The notes beneath the pieces are model-generated. The model had not been told where the DNA came from. It ran no database searches and saw nothing but the letters and a program-made list of their open reading frames with translations. Position numbers and translations under genes: made by a program. 64,000 bases of DNA from an uncultured Ignavibacteria bacterium (GTDB lineage: Bacteria; Zixibacteria; MSB-5A5; JAABVY01; JAHJOQ01). Shown piece by piece: positions 11,800-19,813 of this stretch (position 1 is its first letter; every line of letters begins with the position of its first letter). The stretch spans positions 922 to 64,921 of the forward strand of contig CAYQCE010000003.1 of NCBI GenBank assembly GCA_964415885.1. The letters are read 5' to 3'.

Positions 11800-12318
11800 T
11801 TACTTGGGCATAAGTATCATTCCCAGTTTCCGGCCTTCCATTTTCGGCTTCTGTTCGACAGTGGCGATGTCCGAGAGATCTTCCTGTAATCTCTCTATGA
11901 GTCTCTTGCCGAACTCGGTGTGAGCCATTTCACGGCCCCGAAACTCAACATAGACTTTCACCTTGTAGCCGTCGGTCAGGAACTGACGTACATGTTTTGT
12001 CTTGAACAGATAGTCGTGCTCCTCGATCTTGGGCCTGTATCGCATTTCCTTGAGCTGAACAGTATGCTGTCTTTTCTTGGCGGCTTTCTGTTTCTTCGCA
12101 AGCTCATACTTGTACTTGCCGTAATCGAGAATCCTGCAAACCGGTGGCTTGGCATTTGGAGAAACCTCAACCAAATCAAGGCCTCTCTCTACCGCCATCC
12201 TCTGAGCCTCCTTGACGGGAACAATTCCGATCTGTTGCGCGTCCGGTCCGATCAAGCGGACCTGTGGGGCTCTTATTCTTTCATTGACCCGAGTTTCGGG
12301 AGATTTGCGCTTCGCTAT
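11800..12318 (-). CDS. infC: Translation initiation factor IF-3, probable AUA start
   Basis: [31 protein letters not shown]. The conserved [14 protein letters not shown] extends upstream of the tracked TTG to ATA 12318, which is preceded in frame by TGA GGA GGA. Confidence 0.93.
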   Translation of the reverse strand: MAKRKSPETRVNERIRAPQVRLIGPDAQQIGIVPVKEAQRMAVERGLDLVEVSPNAKPPVCRILDYGKYKYELAKKQKAAKKRQHTVQLKEMRYRPKIEEHDYLFKTKHVRQFLTDGYKVKVYVEFRGREMAHTEFGKRLIERLQEDLSDIATVEQKPKMEGRKLGMILMPK

Positions 12319-12353
12319 TCCTCCTCACTCCTTCTTTAGAGTTAGTAGGTGTA

Positions 12354-14285
12354 CTATTTATTTTCAATTTCCTTTTTTAGCAAGGAAATAATTTCATCGA
12401 CGGGCTTGGCGCCGAGATCGCCTTCCTTGCGTCTTCGGTACGAAACCGTACCCGCTTGGGCCTCTTTCTTGCCGACAATCAACATCGCGGGGACCTTCTG
12501 AGTTTCACACTCGCGGATCTTATAGCCGATCTTCTCGGAACGGGAGTCGAGTTCAGCTCTGATTCCCGCCTCCTTTAGACTATCAACCACGCTTTGCCCG
12601 TAATCGTTCAAATCATCCGATATCGGCAGCACTCTCGCCTGGATTGGCGCAAGCCAAAGCGGGAAATCGCCCGCGTAGTGTTCGAGAAGCACGCCGAAGA
12701 ATCTCTCGAGCGAACCGAAAATAGCGCGATGAACCATATACGGCCGCTTCTGCTGGTTATCGGAATCAGTGTAGGTCAACTCGAATCGCTCAGGCAGGTT
12801 GAAATCGAATTGAATTGTCGAGCACTGCCAGGACCGCTTGAGAGCGTCCCTTATCTTGACATCGATCTTCGGACCATAGAACGCACCGGCGCCCTCGTCG
12901 ACTTCATACTCGAGACCGACTCTATCAAGCGCGCGTGCGAGCGCCTTCTCAGCAGTCTCCCATCTTTCCGGCGCGCCGACAAACTCGGTCTCCGGCTTTG
13001 TCGACAGAAATATATCGAAATTCTCGAACCCGAATTCTCGAAGGAACGACAGCGTCAATTCCACAACACCAACTATCTCGTCCTCTACCTGCTCCGGGGT
13101 GCAGAAGATGTGGGCATCATCCTGAGTGAATGATCTCACGCGAAACAGCCCATGGAGCACACCCGAACGCTCGTAACGGTAGACAGTACCGAGTTCCGCC
13201 CAGCGAATGGGAAGCTCGCGATACGAGTGCAGGTCGTTCTTGTAAATCTCTATATGGAACGGGCAGTTCATCGGCTTGATCTGGTATTCGACTTCCTCGA
13301 CGATCATCGGGCTGAACATATCCTCGCTGTAAAAATCCGTATGCCCCGAGGTCTTCCAAAGATCGAGGCGCGCTATGTGTGGAGTGAACACGAGCTCATA
13401 GCCCGAATCCACGTGGCGCTTCTTCCAATAGGTCTCGATGAGATCGCGCACTATCGCGCCTTTCGGATGCCAGAGCGCAAGCCCACAGCCCACATCTTCC
13501 TTGATCGAGAAGAGATTCAGCTCTTTGCCGAGCTTGCGGTGGTCTCGCTTCTTCGCCTCCTCCATTCGTTTGAGGAAGTCATCGAGCATCTCCTGCTTCG
13601 GATACGCCACGCCGTATATACGTTGCAGCATCTTGTTTTCCTCGGAGCCGCGCCAGTATGCCCCCGCTACCGAGATCAGCTTGAATGCCTTAACTTTTCC
13701 GGTGGAAGGAACGTGCGGGCCGCGACACAAGTCCACGAATGTATCGTGTGAATAAATAGTGAGCTGCTCATCTTCGAGTTCCGAAATCAACTCGAGCTTG
13801 TAGTTTTCGTCTTTGTCACTGAAGAGGCTTATCGCCTCCTCCTTCGAGCACTCCTTGCGACTGAACTCGTGATTAGCCTTTACGATCTGTTTCATCCGTT
13901 TCTCGATCCTCTCGAGATCATCGTCACTGAACGGCTCCGGCGAATCGAAGTCGTAGTAGAAACCCTCATCGATCGGCGGACCAATAGCGAGCTTGGTACC
14001 CGGAAAGAGATCCAGCACGGCCTGTGCCATGACATGCGCGGAGGAATGCCAGAACACATCCTTGCCTTCCGGATCGTCGAAAGTCAGTATCTGAAACTCG
14101 GCATCCTCGGCAATCGGTCTGTTCAGATCTCGAACCTGACCGTCGACCTTAACAGCGAGAGCCTTCTTTGCAAGGCTGTTGGAGATATCCTTAGCTATAT
14201 CGAGACCGGTAATACCGGCAGTGTATTCTCTCCTCGAACCGTCCGGAAACGTAATCTGTATGTTCTTGACTTCAGTCTTCTCCAT
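12354..14285 (-). CDS. thrS: Threonine-tRNA ligase
   Basis: TGS domain, HSSAHVMA, DLCRGPH, RDHRKLG, KPMNCP, GAFYGPK, HRAIFGSLERF. Confidence 0.97.
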   Translation of the reverse strand: MEKTEVKNIQITFPDGSRREYTAGITGLDIAKDISNSLAKKALAVKVDGQVRDLNRPIAEDAEFQILTFDDPEGKDVFWHSSAHVMAQAVLDLFPGTKLAIGPPIDEGFYYDFDSPEPFSDDDLERIEKRMKQIVKANHEFSRKECSKEEAISLFSDKDENYKLELISELEDEQLTIYSHDTFVDLCRGPHVPSTGKVKAFKLISVAGAYWRGSEENKMLQRIYGVAYPKQEMLDDFLKRMEEAKKRDHRKLGKELNLFSIKEDVGCGLALWHPKGAIVRDLIETYWKKRHVDSGYELVFTPHIARLDLWKTSGHTDFYSEDMFSPMIVEEVEYQIKPMNCPFHIEIYKNDLHSYRELPIRWAELGTVYRYERSGVLHGLFRVRSFTQDDAHIFCTPEQVEDEIVGVVELTLSFLREFGFENFDIFLSTKPETEFVGAPERWETAEKALARALDRVGLEYEVDEGAGAFYGPKIDVKIRDALKRSWQCSTIQFDFNLPERFELTYTDSDNQQKRPYMVHRAIFGSLERFFGVLLEHYAGDFPLWLAPIQARVLPISDDLNDYGQSVVDSLKEAGIRAELDSRSEKIGYKIRECETQKVPAMLIVGKKEAQAGTVSYRRRKEGDLGAKPVDEIISLLKKEIENK

Positions 14286-14335
14286 AACATGACTCCGTCA
14301 GGCATACATAATAAAACCCCTCGACGGGGCAACAA

Positions 14336-14412
14336 TGGTGGGCGATACTGGAATCGAACCAGTGACCTCTTGCATGTCAAGCAAGCACTCTAACCAACTG
14401 AGCTAATCGCCC
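14336..14412 (-). tRNA. tRNA-Val(GAC)
   Basis: Reverse complement GGGCGATTAGCTCAGTTGGTTAGAGTGCTTGCTTGACATGCAAGAGGTCACTGGTTCGATTCCAGTATCGCCCACCA: cloverleaf, anticodon GAC, encoded CCA. Confidence 0.96.
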
Positions 14413-14427
14413 ATATCGCAGAATGTT

Positions 14428-14456
14428 ATATTATATGACATACGCAATCCTGTCAA
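14428..14456 (-). promoter_or_regulatory. Sigma70 promoter for tRNA-Val/thrS
   Basis: TTGACA-N17-TAATAT (TATAAT also present at N15). Confidence 0.7.
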
Positions 14457-14615
14457 GCGAAAATAGAGACCAAATTGAGAGCAATATGCATCCAGCAACG
14501 CCAAAATGACCTGATGATTGAATCATCGACCGGTTTTCGTCTCTTTCTGACTGTATCGGAAAAAAATGTGGGAGTTTAAGTTTGCAGATCGAACTTCAGG
14601 ACAATCACCCGGATC

Positions 14616-15509
14616 CTACGCTCCTCTCGCCATCTTCATGAATGTCTCCGCCTTGGAATATTCGTCCATCAGTTTGTCGCGGAAACCGGGCAAATCGATC
14701 GAGTCGAGACCTATCTTGACCAGTATCTCGCGGTCAAGGATTTCTTCATTGCGATTTATCTGGCTCTCGTCATCGAAAGTCATGTGGCTCACGTAGTTTG
14801 CCGTATGAACCAAGCCAGCATGAACCCCCTCGGAGTTGGCGAGACGTGGTGTATGGTGGTTTTCGATTGCGTCCCTGAGAGCATTCGGGAGTTTCCATTT
14901 GTGGGCAAGCAGAGATCCGAGATGACCGTGTGTATAGCCGAGCGCTGTTTCCTCAGCTTTGTACCATGGCACCTGGCTCGATTCGGCAATCTCCTTCGCA
15001 GCTCTGAAGTCGTCCGGGAGGTATGAATACTGCACGAGCTTTCCGATATCATGGAGCAAGCCCGCGGAGAATGCAAGCTCTGCCTCTGTGATCCACTTCC
15101 CCGACATCTGACGAATCAGAAGGCGCGCACATGTGCCTGTGGCCAGCGAATGTCTCCAGAAATCATCCTGGAACCCCGGATCGGCGTCGTCGTCCTTAAA
15201 CATATCGAAAACGGCTGTGGAAAGGACGAGCGACCTGACGGCCTCGATTCCCATTATCACAATGGCCTGTTTGATCGAGGTGATCTCGCGGTTCATTCCG
15301 TAGAACGCAGAGTTGGACAGCTTGAGAACCTTAACGCTCATTGCAGGATCCTCGGAGAGAATCGCCGCGATGTCATATGCCGACGTACTCGGGTCGTTAA
15401 TGACCTTGTTGATCTGGTTGAATACGACCGGAGGTGTCGGGAGATTGGATATCCGCCCGACCGTCTGCTGCAGCTTGCCGATAGCTTCCTGTGTATCTAC
15501 CATTTCCAC
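14616..15509 (-). CDS. HDOD domain protein
   Basis: [47 protein letters not shown]...HH. Confidence 0.9.
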   Translation of the reverse strand: MEMVDTQEAIGKLQQTVGRISNLPTPPVVFNQINKVINDPSTSAYDIAAILSEDPAMSVKVLKLSNSAFYGMNREITSIKQAIVIMGIEAVRSLVLSTAVFDMFKDDDADPGFQDDFWRHSLATGTCARLLIRQMSGKWITEAELAFSAGLLHDIGKLVQYSYLPDDFRAAKEIAESSQVPWYKAEETALGYTHGHLGSLLAHKWKLPNALRDAIENHHTPRLANSEGVHAGLVHTANYVSHMTFDDESQINRNEEILDREILVKIGLDSIDLPGFRDKLMDEYSKAETFMKMARGA

Positions 15510-15536
15510 CCGTTACCCTGTTTCACCCTTGAGTTG

Positions 15537-15947
15537 TTAGCGGTTGTTTAGTCCAAACTGCTCCATAATCCGCCTGGCGACCTGGTCAATAACCTTCTTG
15601 TCCGAGTACTCGCCGGACTGCATTTTCTCACGGGCCTCCTCGACCTTCTCCTTCCGAACACTGGATGATTCCTCCTTGTCGTCGCCCTGCCCAATTAGCG
15701 CCTGAACAAGTTTCTGATCGTCGTCATCCATCTGCTTTCTCTCCGGAGATGGTCTTCCATAGACCTGCTCGGACCGACTCGACTTAGCCGTCTTTGATGC
15801 ACCGTCCGCCTTTTGCCTGGCATCGGGCGAGAGGTCGATCTTGTCCTGCTGACGTTGCTCGTTCGACTCCGCCTTTCGAGTTGCCTTCCTGTTGTGTTCT
15901 CCGCCTCTGTCGATCGGTGAGGCTCCGCTGACGTCTCCTACCTTCAT
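15537..15947 (-). CDS. flgM: Anti-sigma28 factor FlgM family
   Basis: DKIDLS and VRKEKVEEAREKMQSGEY...IDQVARRI; flagellar context. Confidence 0.75.
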   Translation of the reverse strand: MKVGDVSGASPIDRGGEHNRKATRKAESNEQRQQDKIDLSPDARQKADGASKTAKSSRSEQVYGRPSPERKQMDDDDQKLVQALIGQGDDKEESSSVRKEKVEEAREKMQSGEYSDKKVIDQVARRIMEQFGLNNR

Positions 15948-15965
15948 TGCTATCGCTCCCTCCGT

Positions 15966-16418
15966 TTAGCCTCGGCCATCGAGGATTCTGGCCTTCTGAT
16001 CTCGATTTTCGGCATACTGGGTGAGCTTCTGGTTGTTTTTGAGTGCCTCAAGTTCCTCCTTGATCCGCTGATATCGCTCGCTTGCAAACTCCTCGTTCTC
16101 CTTTATCATCGACAGATTCTTGCGAATCAGCGTTGATATCGAATTGACGAGTTTGCGAACTTCCGGTGATGTTGCTGCAAGGTTGAAGAGCTTCCGGTTG
16201 CGGTTCTTCAGCTCGGAGATCTTCTCCTCGCTTTCATGAATACGCTTTTCCATCTGCCGTATTTCGTCATAAACGGTCAATATCTTTCGGTCTCTGTCGT
16301 ACTTCAGCAAATCTCTCTGCTTATCTATTAGCACATAGAGCGACTGATAGAACCCATACTCTTCCTTGAGAAGAGATATCAACACGTTTTCCAAGTCGAT
16401 TACGTCACGGTATTCCAT
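15966..16418 (-). CDS. FliT/FlgN-like helical flagellar chaperone (putative)
   Basis: 150-aa helical ORF starting at ATG 16418, 1 nt after fliS; ends ...ILDGRG; occupies the usual fliT position. Confidence 0.55.
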   Translation of the reverse strand: MEYRDVIDLENVLISLLKEEYGFYQSLYVLIDKQRDLLKYDRDRKILTVYDEIRQMEKRIHESEEKISELKNRNRKLFNLAATSPEVRKLVNSISTLIRKNLSMIKENEEFASERYQRIKEELEALKNNQKLTQYAENRDQKARILDGRG

Positions 16419-16419
16419 A

Positions 16420-16890
16420 TTACACCTGTACTGAAACAGCTTTGTTGACTTCAGGATTTTGCGAATGCCCCCGAACGCTCTCCCGCTTCTGCTCAGAGTC
16501 AGCATTCTCTGTTTGTGAAGGCTCCGCACCCCTTCCGATGTTCTGCCAGCCATCCCTGAGATCACTCAGAATCGCCTTAATGTCCACGATCAGTTGCGGA
16601 TTCTTGGTCGAGTTCAGAATATAGAGCTGGCTTATCACGAACGAGTAGAGTGAACCGAGCTTCTCGGCTATCTCTCCACCTTTATCAAAATCGAGAGTAG
16701 TGTAGAGGTGATACACTATCCTGTGAACTCTCTCGAGCTTGTCTGCAAATTCATTTGTCTCCTTTTTCTCCAGGTGTCCATTTGCCTGGTCGAGGAATCT
16801 CAGAGCGCCGTCATACAGAAGGACAATCAGTTCCTTCTGGCTCATGCCGGACACCTGATTCTTCCTGTAGTTCGCGAGAGCTTTGTTCAT
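16420..16890 (-). CDS. fliS: Flagellin chaperone FliS
   Basis: ELIVLLYDGALRFL, TLDFDKGGEIAEKLGSLYSF, LRDGW. Confidence 0.92.
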   Translation of the reverse strand: MNKALANYRKNQVSGMSQKELIVLLYDGALRFLDQANGHLEKKETNEFADKLERVHRIVYHLYTTLDFDKGGEIAEKLGSLYSFVISQLYILNSTKNPQLIVDIKAILSDLRDGWQNIGRGAEPSQTENADSEQKRESVRGHSQNPEVNKAVSVQV

Positions 16891-16899
16891 TGCACATCC

Positions 16900-19263
16900 C
16901 TACCTCTTGCTTGATCCTGAGAATTTCCAATTGTTGCCTAACTGAGCAAGCTGGGTTTCCAGATAACTCTGTGTCGACCCCATCTCGCCGAGGAGTTTCT
17001 CCATCTCCCAAAATTGTAAGTATAGCGATTCCATCCTCAAATTGAGACGTTCTTCCTCGTCCTCGATTCTCTCGTTTGTATAGCTAATCTGCTTCTGAAG
17101 CGCATTCGACTTTCGTGCAAGTAGTCCCTCTTCGGATCGTGTGATCGATTCGAGGAGCTCATCGAATTTACTTGCAAATCCCTTGACGACTTCAACCGAG
17201 CCTGTAGCGATTCCGGCGGCGACGTCGGAGCTGCTATACTCTATCCTGAGCTTGAGACCGGCGATAGTCTCGCTGTCGCTCTTTCCACTCAGGATCTGAC
17301 CGGCTCCCTCCGCCTCTTCGCCGTTGATCGTACCGGCAACATCCAGACCCTCATGCGCCGTTGCCTGCGCCAGACCGAGCGTCACAGTCGCGCTGTTTTC
17401 AACTCCGGCCTGAATCTCGACTGCTGATCCGCTACCGTACTTGCCGGATGTTATCTTCAAATAGCCTTCAGAGCCGGTATCGACATAGCTGACGACGACG
17501 CCAAGATCAGCGAGGTTGTCGTCCGCATCTATCTTGTTCTGCAGCTCAGTGACAAGCTGTGACATGCTTGTATATGACCCCGCGCCAAGTACAATCTCAT
17601 CCGATACTCTACCGTCGATCTTTAGCTTCAATGAGTTGTTTGTGGAGTCTATTACAAGCGGCGTTACTGCCGGATCGACTATTGAGGTCCCCTGCAGGTA
17701 TCCGTGGGTTGCCGCCTGAGTAATGTTCACAGCGTAGCCGCTTTCCTTGGTCTCCTCCGTGTCGGTTCCAACCGACAACAAGCTGATCTTTGAGTCAGAG
17801 GTGTCACCCCAGCTCGTGAAGAGCTTTATCACGTCCGAGAGGTTCTCGTTTAGCGCCTCTGTGAGATTGGTCTGGTTGACGATCTTCAGTTTACCCGTAC
17901 CATCGGTACGTATACCCATATCTGCGAGCGTACGCATGCCAGAGTCGATTCCATCCACCGTTGAAGACAGAATCATCTTGAGCCTGCTCTGAATCGTTAT
18001 CATGGTTGAATCACCGAGCAGCGCTCCTGCCTTTTCGGTTTCCGAATCGTAGTCGAGGTACTCGTTGATACGTCCCATCGCCTGGTTGTACTGATTGATA
18101 AACTCCTCGATCTGGGCGCGCAGCCCTTCGGTATCGCGAGAAGCGCTTAGATTGACGGAAGGCGTCTCGGAGTCGGTTACTTTCTTTAGATTCAGAGTCA
18201 CTCCGGGGATCAGGTCCGCGACCGTATTAGTAGAGGAAGTGACAGTAATCGGCGATCCACCTCCGGATGCCGATCCGAGAGAGACTTCCGCATCCTGAGC
18301 GGCTTGTATCGTCGGGCTGAATGTCTGAACCTTGAAAGTATCGCCACCGACCATCGTACCTGCTCCAAACGACAGGGTTAGACCATCCGCACCGTCACCC
18401 GATCCGAGCGTCACTTCGGCATCTGCCTCGGAGACTGTGATCGCACCCGAGTTCGTGCCGTCGGACCAGTTGACGATAATCTCATCCGTGCCGACCGTCT
18501 GGCTCCCGGAGCCCTGCACAGTAAACGTGTACGTCTTGTTCTCGCTCCCGGTATATGATGCGGTGGGGCCAAGCGATACGGTCGAGCTTGCGCTGGATGT
18601 CCATCGGACCGTCTCGGGCGCATCGAACGATGAAGTCTCAAAGTCAATGTCTTCGTCACCACCGCTCAGCGAATTCGTTATCAATATCTGATTGTCGAGC
18701 CCTGATTTGCTGGAGGTCAGAAGCATACGATAGGGATTGCTCTCGGTACCATCGTTGATGATCGAAGCAGTAACGCCCATATCAGCGTTGTTAATAGCCT
18801 GCTTGAGACCTTCAAGAGTATTATTCGTAGAGTCTATAGTCAGGGTGCGCGCCGATGACATGCCCATCTGCACCGTAAACGAGCCCGTGCCGATACTCGT
18901 CGAGTCTTTGTCAGCGAAACCCTGGCTCGCAATCTGATGATTCTGAGCGAGCTTGTTTATCGAGATTGAATATGATCCCGTGGCGACATCTCCCCCGGAA
19001 ACTGCGGCGGAAACGTAATCCTCTGCCGAGTTGGCCACGGCGAACTTGTCGAATGTCGATGCCTTCGTTAGAGCCGAAACCTTCGCCTTGAGCCCCAGCA
19101 GCAATGCGGACACGGCATTGTAGGACGTAGTCTTGCTGGTCTTCTCCGCAACCTGCTCCCCCATGAGGTTGAGACGACCACTCTCGGCCTCGATCATAGC
19201 CTGGATGATACTTGTAGTATCAAGGCTCGAGCTTATTCCGTCAATTGACTGCATTCCGGGCAT
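16900..19263 (-). CDS. fliD: Flagellar filament cap protein FliD (787 aa)
   Basis: GISSSLDTTSII N-terminus, AQDA, LIPGVTLNL, GALLGDS, LADMGI, C-terminal coiled coil. Confidence 0.92.
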   Translation of the reverse strand: MPGMQSIDGISSSLDTTSIIQAMIEAESGRLNLMGEQVAEKTSKTTSYNAVSALLLGLKAKVSALTKASTFDKFAVANSAEDYVSAAVSGGDVATGSYSISINKLAQNHQIASQGFADKDSTSIGTGSFTVQMGMSSARTLTIDSTNNTLEGLKQAINNADMGVTASIINDGTESNPYRMLLTSSKSGLDNQILITNSLSGGDEDIDFETSSFDAPETVRWTSSASSTVSLGPTASYTGSENKTYTFTVQGSGSQTVGTDEIIVNWSDGTNSGAITVSEADAEVTLGSGDGADGLTLSFGAGTMVGGDTFKVQTFSPTIQAAQDAEVSLGSASGGGSPITVTSSTNTVADLIPGVTLNLKKVTDSETPSVNLSASRDTEGLRAQIEEFINQYNQAMGRINEYLDYDSETEKAGALLGDSTMITIQSRLKMILSSTVDGIDSGMRTLADMGIRTDGTGKLKIVNQTNLTEALNENLSDVIKLFTSWGDTSDSKISLLSVGTDTEETKESGYAVNITQAATHGYLQGTSIVDPAVTPLVIDSTNNSLKLKIDGRVSDEIVLGAGSYTSMSQLVTELQNKIDADDNLADLGVVVSYVDTGSEGYLKITSGKYGSGSAVEIQAGVENSATVTLGLAQATAHEGLDVAGTINGEEAEGAGQILSGKSDSETIAGLKLRIEYSSSDVAAGIATGSVEVVKGFASKFDELLESITRSEEGLLARKSNALQKQISYTNERIEDEEERLNLRMESLYLQFWEMEKLLGEMGSTQSYLETQLAQLGNNWKFSGSSKR

Positions 19264-19326
19264 TACTTTACCCTCTTCTCACAGTTTGTCCGGATGAGGC
19301 TTTTCAGCCTCACCCGGTACTTTGAA

Positions 19327-19740
19327 TTATCCTTCAGTATCGAAAAGCATGCCTGTCATGCTTTCCAGCCGCCTTTTCAGAGCAAGCACCTCATCCGGCG
19401 GTATCTGCCGAACGACCTTGCCCGATTCAGAATCAACCACTTGCACGATGACACTGTCAGATGCTTCATCGACAGAGAAGCTGAGCGCGATTCTGCGCTG
19501 CCGCATCTCATCGTTCACCTGCTTAAGCATTGAATCGAGAAACTCATCGCTCGATTCGGAAGCCGAAGAAGACACTTCTTTCAGCTTCTGAAATGCGGAA
19601 GCTATGGCTTCTCGTTCGGCTGAGCCGAAATTCACCTGATTTCCTATTCTCGGCGAATCAACAGCATCCGATACTGCCCTCAGCTCGGGTCTCTTTGAAT
19701 GTGACGCCGAAGCCTGGTTTGTTTCATTGATCGGATACAT
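19327..19740 (-). CDS. flaG: Flagellar protein FlaG
   Basis: LSFSVDE...VQVVDSESGKVVRQIPPDEVL...GMLFD; lies between fliC and fliD. Confidence 0.9.
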   Translation of the reverse strand: MYPINETNQASASHSKRPELRAVSDAVDSPRIGNQVNFGSAEREAIASAFQKLKEVSSSASESSDEFLDSMLKQVNDEMRQRRIALSFSVDEASDSVIVQVVDSESGKVVRQIPPDEVLALKRRLESMTGMLFDTEG

Positions 19741-19813
19741 CTAAAACCACCTCGCCTTGGATCAGGAGAGGCCGGTTATGACCTCTCCCGATTGGTTATC
19801 TGGTGAATCTCGC

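Noticed and set aside
14286-14335. T-box or attenuator before thrS
   Set aside because: Only 50 nt, with a small hairpin after the tRNA and no T-box sequence.
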